From Pseudomonadota bacterium (lineage in GTDB: Bacteria > UBA10199 > 2-02-FULL-44-16 > JBDRGF01), in contig JBDRGF010000031.1 in the NCBI GenBank assembly GCA_043818055.1, positions 1-38,971 of the forward strand: a stretch of 38,971 nt of DNA. Reading direction: 5' to 3'. The position numbers and the translations under genes are program-made. The notes beneath the pieces were generated by a model. The model ran no database searches, was not told where the DNA came from, and saw nothing but the letters and a program-made list of their open reading frames with translations. Numbering within the stretch: the first letter of the stretch is position 1; the number at the start of each line of letters is the position of its first letter. Shown here piece after piece: positions 1 through 8,629 of this stretch.

Positions 1-281
1 AATCCAACTCGATTCCTAATTAAGTAAACCTCGCAATGAAAAACTACGACCAGAAAACAGACTACATCTCTTTCACTCGCGCGCTCTCTCCTACCCGTTT
101 TCAATAACTTACCCCTTCTTTCCCCGACAGGCACTAATTAGCATTAGAATGAACTAAAGTCCTTAAAAACATGCAATTAAGGACAAATTCATATTCCCTT
201 TTTCCAAAAAATCGGTTATAAATGCTTATCCAGAATTTTCAAAAGGTTCCGTAACTTAAAATCATAAAATTGGAGGTTGAT

Positions 282-959
282 ATGGAAGATTTGACGAAGT
301 CGCCGTTGTTTTCAGGATTGAGCAGCGCTGAGATAAAGAAGCTAACCAAAAACTTTGTTTCTAAGAATGTTAAGACGGAGCATATCATAATCGAACAGGG
401 GAAGCCGGCTGAAAAGGCATATATTTTGACTGAAGGGAGGGTAGAAGTCTTTTATATTTCGAAGGGTGGGCATAAGACCACTGTCATATATCATAAGGCG
501 CCATTCATATTCGGTGAGATCGAGCTATTGCAAAATCGCCCATATGTGGCCAGTGTTGTAGCCACGGGGTCGTGTAAGTTTTTGGAAATTACACAGGAGG
601 AGTATCTTGAACTTCTGAACGCCAATCAAAAGGTGGCAGTCAATATGGTGAAGTTGCTCTCCGCGTTGTTATACAGGTTTGGAGAGGATCATCGTGTGAG
701 ATATTTTGGCAAGATCGAGCATCTGCTCGCAAACCTGATTTGCTATTACGCCGATATGTATGGAGAGGAACTCGATTACGGCGTTATGATAGGCAAGAGG
801 ATCAGCAAACGAAGGTTTGGAGAGGTCTTGGGAGTCTCCCGCCAGAACGTCGTCAAGGCTTTCGACAGCCTCTCAGAAACAGGTCTCATCTGTTTTGAAG
901 GAAAACAGATCATCATCCCCGATATACTATTGTTGAAGAAAAAGGCGAGTTACGTTTGA
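282..959 (+). CDS. Crp/Fnr-family transcriptional regulator
   Basis: N-terminal cNMP-binding domain (IIEQGKPAEKAYILTEGRV...FGEIELL...RPYVASVVA) and C-terminal HTH (FGEVLGVSRQNVVKAF). ATG 282 follows GGAGG at 272-276. Confidence 0.9.
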   Translation: MEDLTKSPLFSGLSSAEIKKLTKNFVSKNVKTEHIIIEQGKPAEKAYILTEGRVEVFYISKGGHKTTVIYHKAPFIFGEIELLQNRPYVASVVATGSCKFLEITQEEYLELLNANQKVAVNMVKLLSALLYRFGEDHRVRYFGKIEHLLANLICYYADMYGEELDYGVMIGKRISKRRFGEVLGVSRQNVVKAFDSLSETGLICFEGKQIIIPDILLLKKKASYV

Positions 960-969
960 GGTATAGTGC

Positions 970-995
970 GTAGGGGTAGCCCCCTGTGGCTACCC
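970..995 (+). repeat. GTAG-family REP-like palindrome
   Basis: GTAG + GGGTAGCC-ccctgt-GGCTACCC hairpin between convergent genes. Confidence 0.7.
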
Positions 996-1014
996 GCAAT
1001 AATAGCTATCCGCT

Positions 1015-2265
1015 CTACGCTATTTTTTCCAGCTTCAATGCTTTGAAATAAGCAAATATTGAGATCAGTATTATTATCACCGAGGCCAGGACTATAGTTG
1101 CCGGCGCGCCGTATTTGTTTGCTAACAGACCCGATCCCAGACTTCCGAAGGGGGCTAGTCCCATGAAGGCTGTTATAATGAGGCTCACCATCCTGCCCCT
1201 CAATCGGTTTGGTGGTATGTGTTGCACTAGGGTATGAATAGCTGTGAAGTTGACAGTGACCGTATATCCAACGCACGCTAGCATGATGAGGGCCGGCCAG
1301 ATGCTCTTTTGGAGTGCGAAGACCAGAAGAAAAATCCCGAAGAAGAATGAATGTTTCATGGCGAGCGTGAGAAGCCTTCCCTCTTTCCTTCTCTGAGCCA
1401 GAAACCAGGCGCCTGAGAGTGCGCCAAACGCGCCGGCTGCCATGAGGTATCCAAGCTGCTTTGCCCCCCCGCCAAAAATCTTGTCCGCGAATATTGGCAT
1501 AAGCGAGATGTATGAAAATTGCACCATGGCGACTATCGCGATTGTGAAAAGGGCGAGTCTCAATTCGGCATTTTGTTTGATGAAGGAGAGACCCTCTTTA
1601 AGCGATTTGTAAAAATTATCCCCTGTTGACTCCATCTTCACCATGCCGGAACGTTTTACAAGAAGGATTGTGAATATGAGTGGCAAAAACGTAAGCGCAT
1701 TGAAACCAAAACACCAACCCTCGCCGAAGCGACTCACTATGAAACCGGCGATGACAGGGCCAATGAGGCGAGTGCCATGAAACATGCCGGAGAATATCGA
1801 AATTGCGTTCACGAGATCGTGCTTGCCGACCAGATCCATCGTGAAGGCGTTTCTCACTGGGATCTCCAGCGCCAGCACCACTCCGATCATGATGTTGAGT
1901 ACGATAATATAGGATATGCTTATCATCCCTGTAAGTGTGAGGATGGAGATGATCACCGCCTGAAGTGTGAGAAGGGATTGCGTGATGAGCATCTGAAATT
2001 TACGATCATATTTGTCGGCTAAAACGCCACCGATCAGTCCGAAAAAGAGCAGCGGAATGTGTGTTACGAAGTTGGAAATGCCCAGCCACTTTGCCGATTC
2101 CGTGAGTCGCCAAACGAGCCAAGATATGGCGATGATCTGCGACCATGTGCCGAGCATCGATATGGTCTGCCCCGCAAAGAATACGCTGAAATTATAGTGG
2201 CGAAATGCCCGCGTAGCATGTTTCCAGCGTGAAATTTCGGTGATTTCACTGATCCTCGTCGACAT
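1015..2265 (-). CDS. MFS transporter (DUF894/EntS-like)
   Basis: About 12 hydrophobic segments, motif A-like GGVLADKYDRK, N-terminal FFAGQTISMLGTWSQ typical of this family. Confidence 0.9.
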   Translation of the reverse strand: MSTRISEITEISRWKHATRAFRHYNFSVFFAGQTISMLGTWSQIIAISWLVWRLTESAKWLGISNFVTHIPLLFFGLIGGVLADKYDRKFQMLITQSLLTLQAVIISILTLTGMISISYIIVLNIMIGVVLALEIPVRNAFTMDLVGKHDLVNAISIFSGMFHGTRLIGPVIAGFIVSRFGEGWCFGFNALTFLPLIFTILLVKRSGMVKMESTGDNFYKSLKEGLSFIKQNAELRLALFTIAIVAMVQFSYISLMPIFADKIFGGGAKQLGYLMAAGAFGALSGAWFLAQRRKEGRLLTLAMKHSFFFGIFLLVFALQKSIWPALIMLACVGYTVTVNFTAIHTLVQHIPPNRLRGRMVSLIITAFMGLAPFGSLGSGLLANKYGAPATIVLASVIIILISIFAYFKALKLEKIA

Positions 2266-2306
2266 AAAATGCGGATAACATTTTTATTCAAGTTGGGCAA
2301 AGCAAA

Positions 2307-2371
2307 AGCAGCATGTAGCATGTGGTGAAAATCTAGTTAATCGAGCTTTTGCCTACATGCCACATGCTGCT
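2307..2371. repeat. Heptamer-based inverted repeat (GCATGTA/GCATGTG family)
   Basis: Arms AGCAGCATGTAGCATGTGG (2307-2325) and CTACATGCCACATGCTGCT (2353-2371), 17/19 complementary. Related copies at 8176-8196 and 37268-37304. Confidence 0.75.
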
Positions 2372-2404
2372 CTTTATCCCTTGACCTTCCGACAAATATC
2401 TGGT

Positions 2405-2570
2405 TTTTGGTATCTTACATATTGGGCTAAGGGAAGTGGGTGCGAATCCCACACGGTCCCGCCGCTGTAATCGGGGACGAAAGCTTATCATGATGTCACT
2501 GTCTCAATTGGTGGGGATGGGAAGACGATGAGCGAGTAGAGCGATCCGAAAGTCAGAAGACCTGCCCAAA
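2405..2570 (+). ncRNA. Cobalamin riboswitch
   Basis: Conserved AAGGGAA-GTGGGTGCGAATCCCACACGGTCCCGCCGCTGTAA ... GTCACTG ... TGGGAAG ... AGTCAGAAGACCTGCC (B12 box), directly upstream of a BtuB-like gene. Confidence 0.95.
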
Positions 2571-2630
2571 GAATATAACAGCACATCCCCGGGAATAGGG
2601 ATCGCTGCTGAATCGGGTATGAAAAACGGC

Positions 2631-2668
2631 AAACCCCGGATCATGATGATCCGGGGTTTTTTTATTTT
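2631..2668 (+). terminator. Intrinsic terminator in cobalamin riboswitch expression platform
   Basis: AAACCCCGGATCA-tga-TGATCCGGGGTTT followed by a T-run. Confidence 0.85.
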
Positions 2669-2751
2669 TTTCGCATACGCGAAAAAAATAATCCACCGAT
2701 GCCTTAGTGGCGAATATTTTCAACACCCGGTGTTGAAATGAAGGGTTAGGT

Positions 2752-4578
2752 GTGAAGCGATCGGTTATTTTTACAGCGCTGTTTTTTGTCGTGCTGGTTC
2801 AGGCTGTTTTTGGCGCAGATGACGATTCGGAGACGATCATCGTCACGGCGACGAGAATAGAAACCCCTTCCGGGGAAGTGGCAAGTTCTGTCTCCGTTGT
2901 TACCCATGAGGATATCGTCGACAAACAGCAGGTGGATGTCGTCGATCTCATCAGGGATGTCCCGGGTATCGATGTCACAAGGGCTGGTGGGCCGGGACAG
3001 GCGTCGAGTATCTACATCAGAGGGGCGAAGCCGAGCTACACTAAGGTGTTCATCGACGGGATCGAGATGGATGACCCGATCGCGCCCGACAGCGCTGCCA
3101 TACTCGATCATCTTACCGCCGACAACATCGAGAAGATCGAGATCGTTCGTGGTCCTCAGAGCACGCTCTATGGATCGAGTGCTGTAGGCGGAGTAATTAA
3201 TATCTTTACGAAGCGCGGAAAGGGTAAACCTAAATTTTATCTCAAGGGGGAGGGTGGATCCTTTTACACATGGAGGGCAAGCGCAGGCTCAAGCGGTGGG
3301 TGGAACCTTATAAATTATTCTGCCGCGGCCTCGTGGCTCGAATCGAAGGGGATATCTGCTGCCAACAGGGCCGATGGAAATACGGAGAGGGATTCTTATA
3401 GAAACCTGACAGTATCGACGCGTCTTGGCATCACGCCCAGCGACACCTTTGAAACAGATCTCTTTTTGAGATTCATCGCGTCGAAGACGAATATAGATCG
3501 GTCAGGCGGGCGAGGTGGTGACAGCTATCCCAATAGCTCAGTCTCAAAGGAAATATATTCAAAGGCGTTGACCAAAATCACTCTCTTCGACGGGCTTTGG
3601 GAGCAGAGATACGGCCTCTCGGTTACGATGCACGACAGGGATTTTACGCTAAGCCCTGCTTATGACAGCTATCTAATCAAGCTTGAGACGCAACAGGATT
3701 TTTTCATCCACAAGACGAACACGCTGACATTCGGAGTTGAAGGGAAGGACGAGCGGGGAAACAGTGTCGATGAGAAGGTGCGATCGGGAAGTTTATACAT
3801 ACAGGATCTGATCTCTCTTTGGGATATCTGGTCCACGACCCTGGGGATGCGAGTCGATAAGTACGACTATGAAAAGGCCGAAATTACTTATCGCCTCGGT
3901 TCGGCGGTGCATATAAAAAAGACAGGGACTAAGCTCAAGGCGACATACGGCACAGGTTTCAAATCGCCGACCCTCTTTCAGCTCTATTCGTCATATGGAA
4001 ACAGATACCTAAAATCGGAGAGGATGTATGGATGGGATGCCGGAGTGGAGCAGTCCCTTTTCGATGAGAGGCTTCTCTTAGGCATAACATATTTCAGGAA
4101 TGCATTTAACGACATGATCGAATGGGAGCAGTCGAGATCATCATATATGAATATAGACAAGGCCATAAGTTGGGGAATAGAGTCGACCGCAGCGGTTCGT
4201 CCGATCGATAATTTAAAACTCACATTGGGGTACACCTATTTGAATACGAGGGACAAGAATACAAATCTCAAACTGATCAGACGGCCGACTAACAAGTTCG
4301 ATTTCGGCTTCAACTACCGGTTTCTCAAAAAGGGAAATGTCAATTTGACTGCAAGCTATGTCGGCAAGAGGGACGATCTGACATTCACAGGCACAGGATC
4401 GGGAAGGGTTGTCCTACATGGATATGTATTGATGAACCTTGCGCTCTATTATGATATCAATAAATACTTAAGGGTCGAGGGCAGGGTTGAAAATATGCTC
4501 AATCAGCAGTATGAAGAGGTAGCAGGATATGGCACGCCCGGAATTGCAGGATATTTGGGATTAAAATTGTCCTTGTAA
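2752..4578 (+). CDS. btuB: TonB-dependent cobalamin receptor (BtuB-like)
   Basis: Signal peptide, TonB box ETIIVTATR, plug motif IEKIEIVRGPQSTLYGSSAVGGVINI, C-terminal beta strand; under a cobalamin riboswitch. Confidence 0.88.
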   Translation: MKRSVIFTALFFVVLVQAVFGADDDSETIIVTATRIETPSGEVASSVSVVTHEDIVDKQQVDVVDLIRDVPGIDVTRAGGPGQASSIYIRGAKPSYTKVFIDGIEMDDPIAPDSAAILDHLTADNIEKIEIVRGPQSTLYGSSAVGGVINIFTKRGKGKPKFYLKGEGGSFYTWRASAGSSGGWNLINYSAAASWLESKGISAANRADGNTERDSYRNLTVSTRLGITPSDTFETDLFLRFIASKTNIDRSGGRGGDSYPNSSVSKEIYSKALTKITLFDGLWEQRYGLSVTMHDRDFTLSPAYDSYLIKLETQQDFFIHKTNTLTFGVEGKDERGNSVDEKVRSGSLYIQDLISLWDIWSTTLGMRVDKYDYEKAEITYRLGSAVHIKKTGTKLKATYGTGFKSPTLFQLYSSYGNRYLKSERMYGWDAGVEQSLFDERLLLGITYFRNAFNDMIEWEQSRSSYMNIDKAISWGIESTAAVRPIDNLKLTLGYTYLNTRDKNTNLKLIRRPTNKFDFGFNYRFLKKGNVNLTASYVGKRDDLTFTGTGSGRVVLHGYVLMNLALYYDINKYLRVEGRVENMLNQQYEEVAGYGTPGIAGYLGLKLSL

Positions 4579-4655
4579 AATTAATTAATATCCAATTATC
4601 AATAATCAATTAACAATAGATGAATTGGATATTGGATATTGTTAATTGGAGATTT
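4578..4655. repeat. AT-rich heptamer-period imperfect inverted repeat
   Basis: CCAATTATCAATAATCAATTAACAAT ... ATTGGATATTGGATATTGTTAATTGG. The 17-mer TGGATATTGTTAATTGG (4633-4649) recurs exactly at 19278-19294. Confidence 0.65.
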
Positions 4656-4663
4656 TAGTTGTT

Positions 4664-5278
4664 ATGAAATTAACACTTAGAAGAAAAAATTGTTATTTGT
4701 CCTTTTCGATTATTGTATCGGCTTTTATTCACATCACAGCATTCGGTTCGATATACTATTTTGTGCACGGTATAAATCAACCTGCTCAAGTTCAGCTAGA
4801 ACAGGGAGTCTCCGTGATCGATGTAGCGATTGTAAATTCCTACTCACAACCCCCATCAACCGAAAAACCCGACACCGGGTGTACCCCCAACACCCGGTGT
4901 CGGGAAAAAGTAAGCAAGTATCGTGCCAGGGTTGTTTCAAATAGAAGTGTTAGACGATTAAGACCTAAAGGCGGGGATGGTGATACGAAGTTAAAAGGTG
5001 TTGTCAACGCCAGGGCCATCGGCATCGTTCGGCCAAAATATCCACGTGCCTCTAGGGTGAATGGCGAAGAGGGGAGTGTGACGTTGTCGGTGCTTATCAC
5101 GGAAGATGGAGAGGGAAAAAATGTCGAGGTCATAAAATCGAGCGGGTTTGCAAGGCTAGATAACGCCGCTATCGATGCCCTGAAAAAAGCAACCTTCACA
5201 CCCGCACAGCATCTAGGTATACCTGTTTCCACAAAAAAGAGCCTTACCTTTGTGTTCAGGCTGGATGATCAATCTTAA
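4664..5278 (+). CDS. tonB: Energy transducer TonB
   Basis: N-terminal TM with SAFIH (SxxxH) and C-terminal TonB domain (PKYPRASRVNGEEGSVTLSVLI...SSGFARLDNAA). Confidence 0.9.
   Translation: MKLTLRRKNCYLSFSIIVSAFIHITAFGSIYYFVHGINQPAQVQLEQGVSVIDVAIVNSYSQPPSTEKPDTGCTPNTRCREKVSKYRARVVSNRSVRRLRPKGGDGDTKLKGVVNARAIGIVRPKYPRASRVNGEEGSVTLSVLITEDGEGKNVEVIKSSGFARLDNAAIDALKKATFTPAQHLGIPVSTKKSLTFVFRLDDQS
4868..4904. repeat. Perfect 15-bp inverted repeat inside tonB linker
   Basis: CCCGACACCGGGTGT-N7-ACACCCGGTGTCGGG; shares CAACACCCGGTGT with the palindrome at 2718-2738. Confidence 0.8.
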
Positions 5279-5343
5279 AACATCTCCAGCTTGATTTAAT
5301 ATTAAAAATGAAATACTCATATGCTATACAAAGGAGATCGCCT

Positions 5344-5895
5344 ATGAAACCGATTCTGCTTTTAGCACTTTTGACCCTCGTCTCATGTGTCAGCCAGACT
5401 GGAACGACGAACAACCAAGCCAATGGAGGAATTACTGCTGATGAGGAGATTGTCTCAGCGCCGGCTACAGCGACCGATCAGGAAAAGGGTGTCTTTACTT
5501 CAGTCAATGAACAGCGGGCGAACGGCGGATTGAATGCGCTTCAGTGGTCGAGTGGACTTTATAATCTTGCGAGCGCGCACGGTAACGACATGTGTGACAG
5601 GACATATTTCTCACATTATAATCCTGAAAATGAAGATCATTACGCAAGGGCCCAAGCCGGACATGCCGGAAACTACACATTCGCAGCGATGGCGCCTGCT
5701 CCATATAATACAGTTGGAGAGAATCTCGCTCAGGGGCCGACCGATTCCACCACTGTGATGAACGGCTGGATGAATTCCGTCACGCATCGTAACAATATCC
5801 TCGATACCGATTACACCCACACGGCTATCGCCTACGTAACCTGCTCCGCCTGGGCTGACGGTGCCCTCTGGGTGGAGATATTTGGGAAGAGATAA
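5344..5895 (+). CDS. CAP/SCP domain lipoprotein
   Basis: Lipobox LVSC; CAP motifs VNEQR...L...H..DM...YFSH, GENLA, WMNSVTHRNNIL. RBS AGGAG before ATG 5344. Confidence 0.88.
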   Translation: MKPILLLALLTLVSCVSQTGTTNNQANGGITADEEIVSAPATATDQEKGVFTSVNEQRANGGLNALQWSSGLYNLASAHGNDMCDRTYFSHYNPENEDHYARAQAGHAGNYTFAAMAPAPYNTVGENLAQGPTDSTTVMNGWMNSVTHRNNILDTDYTHTAIAYVTCSAWADGALWVEIFGKR

Positions 5896-5934
5896 TGACC
5901 AATGGGCTTTGTTTTGGTGATGACGGCGATTTTT

Positions 5935-7011
5935 TTATTTAAGAGCGTTGCATGCTTCTATGGTTTTAATCAGACCTGTCGTATATCCCGCTTCTCCATC
6001 GGGAATGTTGCGTAATTTTATATAAAGTCCCGATCCAATTGAATTGAATAACTTTGGAAGTTGCCGCAGATATGTTAAATCAGAGCGGGCCTTTATGAGA
6101 ACATCCTCAAATAACTCATTCTTTTTTGTAATGGCCTCAAATATCAGTGCAGCAGGTAGTTGGATGACGCCCTTCCTTTCATTCTCTTCCGTTAAATACA
6201 AATATTTGATGGGGCAAGTAGTATCAAAAGGCGTTCCATCGAGTGAAAAAAAAGTCATTTCAAGGCTTGTGGATAATGGGAGCCCTTCTTCAAGTGCCAG
6301 ATTCTTAGATAAGAGTTTTCTTTCTTCGGGCGAACTCATTTCCAGCACATACTTTCCTCTGAAATATTCAGCGAAGCCCTCTTCAAAAATGCCCCCAGAA
6401 CTAAGCCATCTCCCTCCAAAACCAATCTTGGGACACCATACAAATTTAGCGCCATCGACGACCTGTCTGTCCACCGGAAAACCAAAATAATAATCAAAAG
6501 CAGACGTGCCGTGGAACAGTTCATGGACTATCATGCTTTCAGTATATATAGTGCCATTTTTTTCTTCCATTATCGGATTTCTGATTACAATTGAAAGTTG
6601 CAATTCCGGCAGATACCTTCCTGTTACATCACCAGTCAGCAAGCATATTAAGGAAGGGATTGAACCAACAATATTATTTAAACGTGAAAGATCAGTTTGT
6701 GATATCACCAGTAAATCAGGCACGCGCAAACCTTGATCTCGAACGAAACTTTTTGCTCTACTGATATTTAATCCACTTTCCCATGAAGGAATGGAGCTTA
6801 AGATTTTTTGTTTTAAATTTCTGAATACCTGAGGCATTTCATGGGAGAAACTATGTCCTTTGTTATCCACGCCGGGAATTTCAGCACATGTAGGTCGTGG
6901 GTATATTATAGATGAACCTGTCGATCCTCCTAAGGAACGGGCTGTTGTTTCGCCTATGCTACCAGATGTTAATACTCCAGGCGCGTTTGGAAATTTAGTG
7001 CTTAAACTCAT
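5935..7011 (-). CDS. Hypothetical protein with zinc-metallopeptidase motif (HELFH ... EEGFAE)
   Basis: 358-aa ORF with HExxH plus downstream EEGxAE (gluzincin-like third ligand); no signal peptide; S/G/T-rich N-terminus. Confidence 0.65.
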   Translation of the reverse strand: MSLSTKFPNAPGVLTSGSIGETTARSLGGSTGSSIIYPRPTCAEIPGVDNKGHSFSHEMPQVFRNLKQKILSSIPSWESGLNISRAKSFVRDQGLRVPDLLVISQTDLSRLNNIVGSIPSLICLLTGDVTGRYLPELQLSIVIRNPIMEEKNGTIYTESMIVHELFHGTSAFDYYFGFPVDRQVVDGAKFVWCPKIGFGGRWLSSGGIFEEGFAEYFRGKYVLEMSSPEERKLLSKNLALEEGLPLSTSLEMTFFSLDGTPFDTTCPIKYLYLTEENERKGVIQLPAALIFEAITKKNELFEDVLIKARSDLTYLRQLPKLFNSIGSGLYIKLRNIPDGEAGYTTGLIKTIEACNALK

Positions 7012-7056
7012 AATTCATCATCTCGGTTGTTTTTTAATGCTATGGGACACAGTTAT

Positions 7057-7084
7057 ATTATCGGCATATATTCAAATTTGTTTC
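7057..7084 (-). promoter_or_regulatory. Putative sigma28-like promoter (GAAAC-N15-CCGATAAT)
   Basis: Minus strand GAAACAAATTTGAATATATGCCGATAAT, about 45 nt upstream of ATG 7011; matches a motif seen before several other genes. Confidence 0.6.
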
Positions 7085-7150
7085 GTGTATGAGTGATATA
7101 TTTTAATATCAATATGTGAAATGTTTAGACCCGTGCGGGTTGATAGATTG

Positions 7151-7567
7151 CTATTCCCCTATAATCTTCACCAACACGCGCTTTTTCCTTTTGCCATCAA
7201 ATTCGCCGTAGAAGATGCGTTCCCAGGTACCCAGATCTAGTCTTCCATCTGTTATCGCCACCACCGATTCCCTTCCCATTATCTGTCGCTTCATGTGGGC
7301 GTCGGCGTTGTCCTCACCGACGTTGTGCTTGTATTGAGAAACCGGTTCATGTGGAGCGAGCTTTTCTAGCCATTTATCGTAGTCGTGATGCAAGCCCGAT
7401 TCGTCGTCGTTGATGAAGACGCTTGCTGTTATGTGCATCGGATTGACGAGGACCAGACCCTCTTTGACACCACTCTCGTCGATGCACTCCTGTACATCAT
7501 CCGTGATATTCACAAATGCTCTTCGCGTTGGGATATTGAAGAAGAGTTCCTTTCGGTAGCTTTTCAT
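7151..7567 (-). CDS. yjbQ: YjbQ/UPF0047 family protein (secondary thiamine-phosphate synthase)
   Basis: Motifs [35 protein letters not shown]. Confidence 0.92.
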   Translation of the reverse strand: MKSYRKELFFNIPTRRAFVNITDDVQECIDESGVKEGLVLVNPMHITASVFINDDESGLHHDYDKWLEKLAPHEPVSQYKHNVGEDNADAHMKRQIMGRESVVAITDGRLDLGTWERIFYGEFDGKRKKRVLVKIIGE

Positions 7568-7586
7568 GGGCCCCCCGGTTTAATTT

Positions 7587-7655
7587 GTAGGGGCAGGTTT
7601 CAAACCTGCCCGTGAATGGTTGCAGATGGCGGGCGGGTTTAAAACCCGCCCCTAC
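7587..7655. repeat. GTAG-family REP doublet (REPIN-like)
   Basis: GTAGGGGCAGGTTTCAAACCTGCCC ... GGGCGGGTTTAAAACCCGCCCCTAC, two REPs in inverted orientation. Confidence 0.85.
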
Positions 7656-7667
7656 GCATGGCTTGTT

Positions 7668-8147
7668 TTAACTTAATTTCTTCACCAAATCTGCCACGCG
7701 CTTGCCCATGAGGCGCGCGTTTTCTATCGTCTTTCCTTCCGGCTTGCCGACGCATGCTACGCCGTAGTGGCCGGTGGCACTTATAGGGTCGCCGACTATG
7801 ACCATGCCGTAGATCAACATCGCTTGAATGATAGAGAGTATCGTAGTCTCCTTCCCACCTGTCGCATCGCCAGCGGTTGTGAATGCTGCGCCTACCTTTC
7901 CCTCCATCTCCTTACGAACGCCGACATATTTGTCGAAGATGAGTTTTAACTCCGCTGCCATCGAGCCGAAATAGACGGGGGATCCCGCGATGATTCCATC
8001 CGATTTCACAAAGTCATCCTTTGTAACCTCAGCTGTCGATCTTGTGATGCAATCGATCCCCTCGACTCCATTTACCCCTTCGGCGATAAATTCCGCCAAC
8101 TCCTTTGTATGACCAGATCGAGAATAATAAAGAATAAGAATTTGCAT
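7668..8147 (-). CDS. WrbA-like flavodoxin / NAD(P)H-dependent oxidoreductase
   Basis: YYSRSGHTKELA FMN-phosphate loop, GSPVYFGSM, GKVGAAF, GGKETT. Start moved to the ATG after GGGGG. Confidence 0.9.
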   Translation of the reverse strand: MQILILYYSRSGHTKELAEFIAEGVNGVEGIDCITRSTAEVTKDDFVKSDGIIAGSPVYFGSMAAELKLIFDKYVGVRKEMEGKVGAAFTTAGDATGGKETTILSIIQAMLIYGMVIVGDPISATGHYGVACVGKPEGKTIENARLMGKRVADLVKKLS

Positions 8148-8175
8148 TATGCCCCCTTTCAAAAGAGCGCACATT

Positions 8176-8196
8176 ATGTAGGATGTAGCATGTGGT
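8176..8196 (+). repeat. Heptamer tandem repeat (ATGTAGG ATGTAGC ATGTGGT)
   Basis: Same family as 2307-2371 and 37268-37304. Confidence 0.6.
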
Positions 8197-8233
8197 GTCA
8201 AAAACAATGAGCTCCATTTCCACACTGTTATAG

Positions 8234-8605
<372 letters not shown>

Positions 8606-8629
8606 CGTCTCACGTTTGCACTTGGGGGA

